Below are positions 24,651 to 37,299 of a stretch of DNA of 64,000 nucleotides, piece after piece. Source of the stretch: Macrostomum lignano (Eukaryota); contig NIVC01000436.1 in NCBI GenBank assembly GCA_002269645.1, positions 248,001 through 312,000 on the forward strand, read 5' to 3'. The notes under the pieces were generated by a model that was not told the origin of the DNA, did no database searches, and saw only the letters and a program-made list of their open reading frames with translations. Made by a program: the position numbers and the translations under genes. How positions within the stretch are numbered: position 1 is the first letter of the stretch; each line of letters starts with the position of its first letter.

Positions 24651-27600
24651 TGCCAGCCACTAAAGTACCTGAAAGAGGGCAGTGGCACCCACTGAAGTAC
24701 CTGAAAGAGGGCAGTGGCACCCACTGAAGTACCTGAAAGAGGGCAGTGGCACCCACTGAAGTATCTGAAAAGAGGGCAGTGGCACCCACTGAAGTATCTG
24801 AAGAGAGAGCGGTGGCACCCACTGAAGTATCTGAAGAGAGAGCGGTGGCACCCACTGAAGTATCTGAAGAGAGAGCGGTGGCACCCACTGAAGTATCTGA
24901 AAAGAGGGCAGTGGCACCCACTGAAGTATCTGAAAAGAGGGCAGTGGCACCCACTGAAGTATCTGAAAAGAGGGCAGTGGCACCCACTGAAGTATCTGAA
25001 AAGAGGGCAGTGGCACCCACTGAAGTATCTGAAAGGAGGGCAGTGGCACCCACTGAAGTATCTGAAGAGAGAGCGGTGGCACTCACTGAAGTATCTGAAG
25101 AGAGAGCGGTGGCACCCACTGAAGTATCTGAAGAGAGAGCGGTGGCACCCACTGAAGTATCTGAAAAGAGAGCGGTGGCACCCACTGAAGTATCTGAAGA
25201 GAGAGCGGTGGCACCCACTGAAGTATCTGAAGAGAGAGCGGTGGCACCCACTGAAGTATCTGAAAAGAGGGCAGTGGCACCCACTGAAGTATCTGAAAAG
25301 AGGGCAGTGGCACCCACTGAAGTATCTGAAGAGAGAGAGCGGTGGCACTCACTGAAGTATCTGAAGAGAGAGCGGTGGCACCCACTGAAGTATCTGAAGA
25401 GAGAGCGGTGGCACCCACTGAAGTATCTGAAAAGAGAGCGGTGGCACCCACTGAAGTATCTGAAAAGAGGGCAGTGGCACCCACTGAAGTATCTGAAAAG
25501 AGGGCAGTGGCACCCACTGAAGTATCTGAAAAGAGGGCAGTGGCACCCACTGAAGTATCTGAAAAGAGGGCAGTGGCACCCACTGAAGTATCTGAAGAGA
25601 GAGCGGTGGCACCCACTGAAGTATCTGAAAAGAGAGCGGTGGCACCCACTGAAGTATCTGAAGAGGCATCGGAGGCACCCACTGAAGTATCTGAAGAGAG
25701 AGCGGTGGCACCCACTGAAGTATCTGAAGAGAGAGCGGTGGCACCCACTGAAGTATCTGAAAAGAGAGCGGTGGCACCCACTGAAGTATCTGAACAGGGC
25801 AGTGGCACCCACTGAAGTATCTGAAGAGAGAGCGGTGGCACCCACTGAAGTATCTGAAGAGAGAGCGGTGGCACCCACTGAAGTATCTGAAAAGAGGGCA
25901 GTGGCACCCACTGAAGTATCTGAAGAGAGAGCGGTGGCACCCACTGAAGTATCTGAAGAGAGAGCGGTGGCACCCACTGAAGTATCTGAAAAGAGGGCAG
26001 TGGCACCCACTGAAGTATCTGAAGAGAGAGTGGTGGCACCCACTGAAGTATCTGAAGAGAGGGCAGTGGCACCCACTGAAGTATCTGAAAAGAGGGCAGT
26101 GGCACCCACTGAAGTATCTGAAGAGAGAGCGGTGGCACCCACTGAAGTATCTGAAGAGAGAGAGCGGTGGCACCCACTGAAGTATCTGAACAGGGCAGTG
26201 GCACCCACTGAAGTATCTGAAGAGAGAGCGGTGGCATCCACTGAAGTATCTGAAGAGAGAGCGGTGGCACCCACTGAAGTATCTGAAAAGAGGGCGGTGG
26301 CACCCACTGAAGTATCTGAAGAGAGAGCGGTGGCACCCACTGAAGTATCTGAAAAGAGGGCAGTGGCACCCACTGAAGTATCTGAAGAGAGAGCGGTGGC
26401 ACCCACTGAAGTATCTGAAAAGAGGGCAGTGGCACCCACTGAAGTATCTGAAGAGAGAGCGGTGGCACCCACTGAAGTATCTGAAGAGAGAGCGGTGGCA
26501 CCCACTGAAGTATCTGAAAAGAGGGCAGTGGCACCCACTGAAGTATCTGAAGAGAGAGTGGTGGCACCCACTGAAGTATCTGAAGAGAGGGCGGTGGCAC
26601 CCACTGAAGTATCTGAAAAGAGGGCAGTGGCACCCACTGAAGTATCTGAAAAGAGGGCAGTGGCACCCACTGAAGTATCTGAAAAGAGGGCAGTGGTACC
26701 CACTGAAGTATCTGAAGAGAGAGCGGTGGCACTCACTGAAGTATCTGAAGAGAGAGCGGTGGCACCCACTGAAGTATCTGAAGAGAGAGCGGTGGCACCC
26801 ACTGAAGTATCTGAAAAGAGGGCAGTGGCACCCACTGAAGTATCTGAAGAGGCATCGGAGGCACCCACTGAAGTATCTGAAAAGAGGGCGGAGGCACCCA
26901 CTGAAGTACCTGAAAGAGGGCAGTGGCACCCACTGAAGTATCTGAAGAGAGAGCGGTGGCACCCACTGAAGTATCTGAAAAGAGGGCAGTGGCACCCACT
27001 GAAGTATCTGAAGAGAGAGCGGTGGCACCCACTGAAGTATCTGAAGAGAGAGCGGTGGCACCCACTGAAGTATCTGAAAAGAGGGCGGTGGCACCCACTG
27101 AAGTATCTGAAGAGAGAGCGGTGGCACCCACTGAAGTATCTGAAGAGAGAGCGGTGGCACCCACTGAAGTATCTGAAAAGAGGGCAGTGGCACCCACTGA
27201 AGTATCTGAAAAGAGGGCAGTGGCACCCACTGAAGTATCTGAAGAGAGAGCGGTGGCACCCACTGAAGTATCTGAAGAGAGAGCGGTGGCACCCACTGAA
27301 GTATCTGAAGAGAGAGCGGTGGCACCCACTGAAGTATCTGAAGAGAGAGCGGTGGCACCCACTGAAGTATCTGAAAAGAGGGCAGTGGCACCCACTGAAG
27401 TATCTGAAAAGAGGGCAGTGGCACCCACTGAAGTATCTGAAAAGAGGGCAGTGGCACCCACTGAAGTATCTGAAGAGAGAGCGGTGGCACCCACTGAAGT
27501 ATCTGAAGACAGAGCGGTGGCACCCACTGAAGTATCTGAAAAGAGAGCGGTGGCACCCACTGAAGTATCTGAAGAGAGAGCGGTGGCACCCACTGAAGTA

Positions 27601-28240
27601 TCTGAAAAGAGGGCAGTGGCACCCACTGAAGTATCTGAAGAGAGAGCGGTGGCACCCACTGAAGTATCTGAAGAGAGAGAGCGGTGGCACTCACTGAAGT
27701 ATCTGAAGAGAGAGAGCGGTGGCACCCACTGAAGTAACTGAAGAGAGAGAGCGGTGGCACCCACTGAAGTATCTGAAGAGAGAGAGCGGTGGCACCCACT
27801 GAAGTATCTGAAGAGAGAGCGGTGGCACCCACTGAAGTATCTGAAAAGAGGGCAGTGGCACCCACTGAAGTATCTGAAGAGAGAGAGCGGTGGCACCCAC
27901 TGAAGTATCTGAAGAGAGAGAGCGGTGGCACCCACTGAAGTATCTGAAGAGAGAGAGCGGTGGCACCCACTGAAGTATCTGAAGAGAGAGAGCGGTGGCA
28001 CCCACTGAAGTATCTGAAGAGAGAGAGCGGTGGCATCCACTGAAGTATCTGAAGAGAGAGCGGTGGCACCCACTGAAGTATCTGAAAAGAGGGCAGTGGC
28101 ACCCACTGAAGTATCTGAAAAGAGGGCAGTGGCACCCACTGAAGTATCTGAAGAGAGAGAGAGCGGTGGCACCCACTGAAGTATCTGAAGAGAGAGAGCG
28201 GTGGCACCCACTGAAGTATCTGAAGAGAGAGAGAGCGGCA
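24651..28240. repeat. 33-bp minisatellite GTGGCACCCACTGAAGTATCTGAARAGAGRGCR (~3.6 kb)
   Basis: Direct reading; lies in the intron that splits the FHA domain; GA-expanded units shift the frame. Confidence 0.98.
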
Positions 28241-28321
28241 CCCTATGCATACTTCTCAGGTTCTATAGATACTCGTGCATAGGCGTACAATGATACAGAA
28301 CCGTTATATTTTCATTGCCAG

Positions 28322-28636
28322 ACATTTGTCAACGAGAGCAGAATAGCCGAGGACACCTATGTTTACCTTAACAATGGCGATTCGCTTCGGTTTGGTTACG
28401 ATTCTAACGTGTTTCGAGTGCAAAGATTTTCCCCAACTACCGCCGCTGCCACAACGTCTTCTGCGGCCTCCTCAACGCCTCCTTCAGCTGCTCCGTCTGC
28501 TTCAGTGCCCGCGACCGCCGCCTCTGCAATGAAAAAGTCCGAGCATCCGCCTGTTGTGTCTCGACCGTCTCTCAGTGGCTTGCCCGAATGGGCTACTGGC
28601 GCCGCTAAGGGTGTCTCAGCTATGGCCGAGTGTCCG
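28322..28636 (+). CDS. CEP170: CEP170-like exon 3 (end of FHA)
   Basis: TFVNESRIAEDTYVYLNNGDSLRFGYDSNVFRV continues NG|TFVN in phase; donor CCG|GTGAGT. Confidence 0.93.
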
Positions 28637-30270
28637 GTGAGTTGTGTCTTCTTAGCGTCTAATATTGAGGTTGTGTCTTCTTAGTGTCTAATATTGGGAT
28701 TGTGTGTGTGGTGAGTTGTGTCTTCTTAGTGTCTAATATTGAGGTGGAGTGTCTGGTGAGTTGTGTCTTCTTAGTGTCTAATATTGGGGTGGAGTGTCCG
28801 GTGAGTTTTGTCTTCTTAGTGTCTAATATTGGGGTGGAGTGTCTGGTGAGTTGTGTCTTCTTAGTGTCTAATATTGGGGTGGAGTGTCCGGTGAGTTGTG
28901 TCTTCTTAGTGTCTAATATTGGGGTGGAGTGTCCGGAGAGTTTGTGTCTTCTTAGTGTCTAATATTGAGGTTGTGTGTCCGGTGAGTTGTGTCTTCTTAG
29001 TGTCTAATATTGGGCCGGAGTGTCCGGTGAGTTTGTGTCTTCTTAGTGTCTAATATTGAGGTTGTGTGTCCGGTGAGTTGTGTCTTCTTAGTGTCTAATA
29101 TTGGGGTGGAGTGTCCGGTGAGTTGTGTCTTCTTAGTGTCTAATATTGGGGTGGAGTGTCCGGTGAGTTGTGTCTTCTTAGTGTCTAATATTGGAGTTGT
29201 GTCTTCTTAGTGTCTAATATTGGAGTTGTGTCTTCTTAGTATCTAATATTGGGGTTGTGTGTCCGGTGATTTGTGTCTTCTTAGTGTCTAATATTGGGGT
29301 TGTGTGTCCGGTGATTTGTGTCTTCTTAGTGTCTAATATTGGGCCGGAGTTTCCGGTTAGTTGTGTCTTCTTAATGTGTAATATTGAGGTTGTGTGTCCG
29401 GTGAGTTGTGTCTTCTTAGTGTCTAATATTGAGGTGGAGTGTCCGGTGAGTTGTGTCTTCTTAGTGTCTAATATTGGAGTTGTGTCTTCTTAGTATCTAA
29501 TATTGGGGTTGTGTGTCCGGTGATTTGTGTCTTCTTAGTGTCTAATATTGGGGTTGTGTGTCCGGTGAGTTGTGTCTTCTTAGTGTCTAATATTGGGCCG
29601 GAGTGTCCGGTGAGTTTGTGTCTTCTTAGTGTCTAATATTGGGGTGGAGTGTCCGGTGAGTTGTGTCTTCTTAGTGTCTAATATTGGAGTTGTGTCTTCT
29701 TAGTGTCTAATATTGGGGTTGTGTGTCCGGTGATTTGTGTCTTCTTAGTGTCTAATATTGGGGTTGTGTGTCCGGTGATTTGTGTCTTCTTAGTGTCTAA
29801 TATTGGGGTTGTGTGTCCGGTGAGTTGTGTCTTCTTAATGTCTAGTATTGAGGTTGTGTGTCTGTTGAGTTGTGTCTTCTTAGTGTCTAATATTGGGGTT
29901 GTGTGTCCGGTGAGTTGTGTCTTCTTAGTGTCTAATATTGGGGTGGAGTGTCCGGTGAGTTGTGTCTTCTTAGTGTCTAATATTGGAGTTGTGTCTTCTT
30001 AGTGTCTAATATTGGGGTTGTGTGTCCGGTGATTTGTGTCTTCTTAGTGTCTAATATTGGGGTTGTGTGTCCGGTGAGTTGTGTCTTCTTAATGTCTAGT
30101 ATTGAGGTTGTGTGTCTGTTGAGTTGTGTCTTCTTAGTGTCTAATATTGGAGTTGTGTCTTCTTAGTGTCTAATATTGGAGTTGTGTCTTCTTAGTGTCT
30201 AATATTGGAGTTGTGTCTTCTTAGTGTCTAATATTGAGGTTGTGTGTCCGGTGAGTTGTGTCTTTTAAGT
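28628..30270. repeat. ~44-45-bp minisatellite containing the exon-3 splice donor (also ~29-bp deleted units)
   Basis: Unit GAGTGTCCGGTGAGTTGTGTCTTCTTAGTGTCTAATATTGGGGTG. Confidence 0.97.
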
Positions 30271-31002
30271 GAGTAATATTAGGCGTGTCCATGTTTCGAT
30301 ATGCATGCAATTTTAAGAACTATGGACTTTAATTAACATTGCTTTAATCAGTAAGTCAGTATTCAGTAAAGTCGTAGAAAAAATCGTAGAATGCTTACTC
30401 CATGCTGCTGTATTTCAAATTGTAGCGAATAGCGAAAGCGCAGAGTTCTTGGTTGCATTGAGTCTAGAGAAGAGAGAGGAAAGTGTCTGCAATGCTAATT
30501 GGTGTTGCATTACCAAAAGTCTCAGTTCACCTTACTAAGCCTAGCTAATGCAATGCCAAGTTACCATAGTAGTGGTTGAGCAAACAACTTTCTTAAAGTA
30601 AGTCAGTTTTATGTAAGGCAGTACACAGACCGCTTTTGCGTATTATTAAATCTCTGTAGGAATGCAGTGTAGCGTTGCTTCTAACAACAAGAGTGTTAGA
30701 AAATAGTGAATTCACTTAGTAATATCTGTAATAATATCAATATTAGTTCAACTTAGATAGTTTTGTGTAGGTTAGAAAAACAGAATTAGATAAGCAACAA
30801 GGATTCTGGCGGTTTTCTAGCGCTGATGCGTTTTGTAGAGGGCTGGTCGTTAAACTTTTCTGGTAATTTGTTCGAAGTTTTAAATTAGGGTAAGAGAGGG
30901 AAAAGAGGGGAAGGAGAAACAGGCAGACAGAACAGAATGGAAGACCTTCCGAAATACACATCCAGAATATACTCGTATTTAGACCAAGAGATAAGCACTC
31001 TA

Positions 31003-31575
<573 letters not shown>

Positions 31576-31760
31576 ACTGATTTCCACAACAAATTTAGAA
31601 ACTTGTGCACTAATTCTACTACTGCAAGTAAAACTGCAGCAAAGCGCAGGCAATTTTACCAGTTAAACTACAATAAATATTCACCCAGGCCTGCACTCAG
31701 GGCAGCGAAGAATTTCGCCGGTCAAGCGCAGACCTGAGCAGACTGTGTCTGTTTCACCAG

Positions 31761-32037
31761 AAGGAGCTGGATCGCGTCTCCACCGCAGCGAGCATGCCCT
31801 CGCCTGGTCAACAATCGGTGGCACCAGCAACAGCAGCGACCTCTAGCAAACCGGCTGTAACCGCCTCAGTGACCGCTTCTGTAGCTGGAATGCAGGATCC
31901 CGGCTTCTCAAAAGATTCGCTCAATTTCAACTCTAACAATACTACTCAAAATAGTAATGCTAGTAAGGATGGCGCCAAGGAAGCTAGTTGCAGCAGAAAT
32001 AACTTTTCTAGGGGCGTTGAACGAAAGAAGATTAAAG
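31761..32037 (+). CDS. CEP170: CEP170-like exon 4
   Basis: TTTCACCAG| acceptor, phase 0; open frame KELDRVSTAASMP...RKKIK; donor G|GTAAGA, phase 1, matching exon 5. Confidence 0.8.
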
Positions 32038-32109
32038 GTAAGAAGATTAGCTCTGTAAGACTTGCTCGAATTGTTTATGGATTGTTTAAATATGGGGATT
32101 TAAAGATCC

Positions 32110-33137
32110 TTACTAGGATTTAGGATCTAGATTTCTGAGATTTAGGATCTAGAGTTCTGAGATTTAGGATCTAGATTTCTGAGATTTAGGATCTAGATTT
32201 CGGAGATTTAGGATCTAGATATCTGAGATTTAGGATCTAGATATCTGAGATTTAGGGTCTAGATTTCTGAGATTTAGGATCCAGATTTCTGAGATTTAGG
32301 ATCTAGATTTCTGAGATTTAGGATCTAGATATCTGAGATTTGAGATCTAGATATCTAAGATTTAGGATCTAGATTTCTGAGATTTAGGATCTAGATATCT
32401 GAGATTTGGGATCTCGATACCTGAGATTTAGGATTTAGATTTCTGAGATTTAGGATCTAGATTTCTGAGATTTAGGATCTCGATACCTGAGATTTAGGAT
32501 CTAGATTTCTGAGATTTAGGATTTAGATTTCTGAGATTTAGGATCTAGAGTTCTGAGATTTAGGATCTAGAGTTCTTAGATTTAGGATCTAAATATCTGA
32601 GATTTGGGATCTCGATACCTGAGATTTAGGATCTAGATTTCTGAGATTTAGGATCTAGATTTCTGAGATTTAGGATTTAGATTTCTGAGATTTAGGATCT
32701 AGATATCTGAGATTTGGGATCTCGATACCTGAGATTTAGGATCTACATTTCTGAGATTTAGGATTTCGATTTCTGAGATTTTGGATTTCGATTTCTGAGA
32801 TTTAGGATCTAGATTTCTGAGATTTAGGATCTAGATTTCTGAGATTTAGGATCTAGATTTCTGAGATTTAGGATCTAGAGTTCTGAGATTTAGGATCTAG
32901 ATTTCTGAGATTTAGGATTTCGATTTCTGAGATTAAGGATCTAGATTTCTGAGATTTAGGATCTAGATATCTGAGATTTAGGATCTAGATTTCTGAGATT
33001 TAGGATCTAGATTTCTGAGATTTAGGATCTAGATTTCTGAGATTTAGGATCTAGATATCTGAGATTTAGGATCTAGATTTCTGAGATTTAGGATCTAGAT
33101 TTCTGAGATTTAGGATCTAGATTTCTGAGATTTGGGA
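32110..33137. repeat. 22-bp minisatellite GATTTAGGATCTAGATTTCTGA
   Basis: Direct reading. Confidence 0.98.
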
Positions 33138-33235
33138 TACGGATATTTTATATTTGGCAGCTACATTTTAATGCCTTCCATTATTGAAAATCTAATAAAA
33201 AATAGCTATAAAAAACTCAACTTGGCGACTCCCAG

Positions 33236-34242
33236 AACTCTACGGCCAGCCCGACTGGTGGGGCACCGACGACGCCGATGAAGAACGAGAGCAGCAATCT
33301 GCGAAACAGAAAAAGCAGCAACAGCCGCCGCCGCCCCCGCCGCCCCCGCAACCAGCGTCGCCGCCTCGACGCATGCCGAATCGTCACGCCGAAGCGTTCA
33401 CGGTGGCTTTGGACCCGTCGGCCGAAGACCCGACATCATCAACCGAGTGTGTCGCTGGCGACGGCGGCGGCGGAGGCACCGGTTTCGTCGCCGGCAGCGG
33501 CGTGGGCGGCGGCAGCGGCGACGGCCTACAAGTGACGGACAGTCTCAGCCGGTTTGTGCCGTCAAAAATTCGTAAAAGCTTCCAGGAGAGGCAGGAAATG
33601 AAACGGAAGAAAGTTGAAGAACTGCGCGAGCGGACGCGGCAGCAGCAGCAGCAGCAGGTGCCGCCGTCGGCGTCTGTTGCTAAGCGACCAATCGCCGCCT
33701 CTAGACAGTCGTCGGCCCCCCTGGCGCCTGGCGCCGTTACTAAACCAACTTCCGGTGGCGCCTCGGCGCCATCTAGAAATGCTCGAAGCGTCAGCGGAAC
33801 CGGAAGCGGCGGAAAAGCTTTATTGTTTGATCGCCTGTTAAATAGCAACAGTAGGGTTGGCGGAGGTGGCGGCGGCGGCGGCGGCGCCGCTACGGATCGG
33901 CGCCGAACTAGCGCCAAATCTGGCGCCGCTAGTTCAACCGGTGGCGGCGGCGCCGCAAGTCGGATTAGTATTCGAGATAAGCCGTTGCCGCCGCCTCCGC
34001 CGCCGTCTAAAAAGCAGCAAAAACAGAAGCCACAGCAGCAGCAGCAGCAGCAGCAGCACCCACTATCCGAGCGAGACCTCTACTCAGAAGCTGCTCAATA
34101 CGAAGATGAGCAACCAGACGAGGATAATGAGGATGCTGCGAGCGAGACTGGCACCTACACAATATCTGAGAGCGGCAGCGCACACGAGGACGCTGAGTTC
34201 AGGCATCTGGAGGCTCTGGCTGACAGTCTCGACGCGGGACAG
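33236..34242 (+). CDS. CEP170: CEP170-like exon 5
   Basis: Contains LYGQPDWWG (CEP170 LYGQPSWWG motif), EAFTVALD and SETGTYTI; donor CAG|GTGCGA. Confidence 0.9.
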
Positions 34243-34269
34243 GTGCGATTTACTTACTTTATTACCATT

Positions 34270-35335
34270 AGAATTGGTTGCTATGGTTGGAATTTGAGAT
34301 GATTGGTTGCTATGGGTGGGATTTGGGATGATTGGTTGCTATGGGTGGGATTTAGGATGATTGGTTGCTATGGGTGGGATTTGGGACGATTGGTTGCTAT
34401 GGGTGGGATTTGGGATGATTGGTTGCTATGTTTGAGGATTTAGGATGATTGGTTGCTATGGGTGGTATTTGAGATGATTGGTTGCTATGGGTGGTATTTG
34501 GGATGATTGGTTGCTATGGGTGGGATTTGAGATGATTGGTTGCTATCGGTGGGATTTGGGATGATTGGTTGCTATGTTTGAGGATTTAGGATGATTGGTT
34601 GCTATGGGTGGTATTTGGGATGATTGGTTGCTATGTTTGAGGATTTAGGATGATTGGTTGCTATGGGTGGTATTTGGGTTGATTGGTTGCTATGGGTGGG
34701 ATTTAGGATGATTGGTTGGTATGGGTGGGATTTAGGATGATTGGTTGCTATGTTTGAGGATTTAGGATGATTGGTTGCTATGGGTGGTATTTGGGATGAT
34801 TGGTTGCTATGGGTGGGATTAAGGATGATTGGTTGCTATGGGTGGGATTTGGGATGATTGGTTTTTTATTAGAGGCAGGGGGTTGTGTGCACCCTGGCGC
34901 ACTTTAAGCGACATAGGCACACAACCGGCGAGAGGCATTACTGCCCATTCCGCCGACTCCCCTGAGCAGGCATACAAGCGCGCGGATACGTACGCAGGCA
35001 CACACTCACACAGGAGTGTACAGCGGCCCTAACTTTATATTATCGTTAGGCATGTACACTTCACTGCGCCTTGGGGGGTTGGCTCTCAAGGCCGTTAATT
35101 GCACGAGCAGAGCCAAGCCGAGATTCCAATTCAGCCCCAAATTAATGTGACTGCACTTGGAATCGAGCCTGGGTCGCTGGCACACCAGAGCAGCTGCGCT
35201 ACCGCTGGGCTACGGCCCCCCTTGGGATGGGATGATTGGTTGCTATGTTTGAGGATTTAGGATGATTGGTTGCTATGGGTGGGCTTTGTGATAATTGGTT
35301 GCTATGGCAGGGATTCGATCACTGGTTGCTATGAG
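34270..35335. repeat. 29-bp minisatellite GATTGGTTGCTATGGGTGGGATTTGGGAT, interrupted by a SINE
   Basis: Direct reading. Confidence 0.95.
34862..35220 (-). mobile_element. tRNA-derived SINE inserted into a minisatellite
   Basis: Minus-strand head GGGGGCCGTAGCCCAGCGGT (A box) and GGCTCGATTCC (B box), unique body, AATAAAAAA tail; flanked by GGGATGATTGG repeat sequence. Confidence 0.8.
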
Positions 35336-35699
35336 TGGCAGTTAAAATGATTAGACTCATTACTAATAATGGTTCGCCATCGCATGATGAAGTAAATAAG
35401 TTAGTTAATTCTCTGCTGCCGCATTAATCTACTTTAGTGTTGAATATTTTTTTTAATCAATTTTTCCCATCCCAAACTCAAGGCTTGTCGATAATTTATG
35501 ACTCAAAAGTCGGCACAATAGTACATATAATATGCGAGTCGCGCTTATTGAGTCGGATTGGCAGATTGGCAGCATGAATATATATATGTATGCTAAGTAA
35601 GGAAGTCAGGTCAGAGATGAAAGCAAATTAAAAGCCGTAAAAACTTATTTGCTGCTGCTGAACTGAGCTGCGGAAATCTCCGCCCAATTCCTCCTCTCC

Positions 35700-35873
35700 C
35701 CTATATCCCCTTCAAGCCCTTCTTATCGGCGCCGTTATCGTTCCTCAGCACCACAGTTCACCCTCGTAAAAATTCAACTGGGACCAGTTGAATCCAATTT
35801 GCACGAGTGTGGCCGTGCTTGGGGTCTCTGAGTAGGCGAGAGGTCAGAGCAGCTCACCGCGCGGTGATCCATG
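35700..35873 (+). promoter_or_regulatory. Candidate internal alternative first exon of the CEP170-like gene (5'UTR + lone ATG)
   Basis: GATCCATG|GTGAGTGA: strong donor immediately after an ATG, phase 0, compatible with the exon at 39264; upstream ATTGG and CTCCGCCC motifs. Confidence 0.4.
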
Positions 35874-36594
35874 GTGAGTGAGTATGAATCTGTCAAAGAG
35901 TACTAGATATTCAACCTGGAGTTAAAGATTTCTTGTTTTGGATTATCCTTAGAAATATCGAAATCCCGTTGTTCTCTAAAAGCTATTGAAATTGCAGAAT
36001 ATTATCAAACAACAGCAGTAACTTTGTGCGCTAATTCTATCATTATTCATTGGTAGTGCATTAGCAGCAGACCACTATGGAGATATGTACATGTATGCTT
36101 AGCATACTGGATTAGAACGCATGTCTATTTTAGCTAGCAAGATATACTATGAGTTATATATTCCAGTTTTTTTCAAAGTATAATAAATTAAAATTTAAAG
36201 CCTGAGGCCACTTCTTTGATTCACCACTTCAGTTCTATTAGATTTCTGCATACTCAAGTTTCTATGGCTGAGCAGTTAGGTTCGTAATTGGGAGGCCAAG
36301 AGCTAGGCCTGGGACCAATGAAAAATCTTCACTAGAGTTATACTTTAACTTCTCTCCCTCCCGAATTCATCTCTGTTCCATCCCCACCCTATAGAAATTT
36401 AGTCTTAACTGGAATCTCTCTATGGACTGCGATCCATCTTTGTTGCAAAGCAGTGTCTGTGTAAACCAATTTTAAAAAACCAATTACATATAGTAGGAGA
36501 ATTAATCTTAATAATAATGAACTTTATCGCTCGGCCGTTAATGAGAATTAAAAAGGTAAGCGGCAGTGGCCTAATTAAGTATTGGTTATTTTTG

Positions 36595-36632
36595 TATATT
36601 AGACTAGCGCTGCGTGCCCCCCTGTGGGAGCT
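36595..36632 (-). mobile_element. Second Helitron-like 3' terminus
   Basis: Minus strand GCTCCC-ACA-GGGGGC hairpin, short spacer, CTAG, then TCTAATATAC. Confidence 0.4.
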
Positions 36633-37299
36633 AGAAGCGGTTTTAGTAAATATTATAAATTATACTACAAGTGTAATAAACTGGCATCTGACATCCACAT
36701 CAAGACAAGCTATTCCACCAGCAATAGAACATTTTTGTATAGTCCACAGTCTTGAGCCCCCCCCCCGCCCGTTCGGGAATCAACAAATGAAGGACGAAAC
36801 GTAATTTTCGAAACATATCGTCACTTGCCCCCCCCCTCTCTCTTTCGAGCGTATTGCGGCTCGTAACACTATCTAAATGAAAGCCTAGTAAAGTACAACC
36901 CCACGGCTATTCACCCATTTACCAAAATGTAAAGGCCTGTTGATCATAAATCCTCTCCCTATACTATCCATGCTCTTATTTGAGGAAGAATTATTGCGTT
37001 GGATTTGGTAATGCTCAAACTCGGGCCTATAAATCCCTACAATGTGATTGCTTTCTTAGCCTCCGGCTTTATCTGCGAGCGAAGCGAAGCTAGCAATTTC
37101 GGAATACGAATAATTCCCTTTTTTGCTTGCAACAGCAAATAGCAAAAGAGCAAGACGAATGAATTCGCTTTGACCACTGCTGTCCCTTAGGGTAAGATAG
37201 GTAGCTTTGTGTTTGTGTAAGTTTTTATCTTTTTGCGTCACCGAAAACACTAAGGAATTGTCCCGAGTTCACGCTAGATTCAATTCTTGTTACAAATAG

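Noticed and set aside
24586-28282. 500-1034-aa ORFs on both strands (AVAPTEVSEE, WHPLKYLKR, LFRYFSGCH)
   Set aside because: Translations of a 33-bp array inside an intron whose flanking exons join seamlessly (NG|TFVN); frames switch at GA-slippage units.
28637-30270. CRISPR-like appearance (constant block plus variable block)
   Set aside because: The variable parts are near-identical variants, not unique spacers; eukaryotic context with no cas genes.
35150-35220. Functional tRNA gene
   Set aside because: It has A and B boxes but no convincing cloverleaf or acceptor stem, and continues into a body and A tail, i.e. a SINE head.
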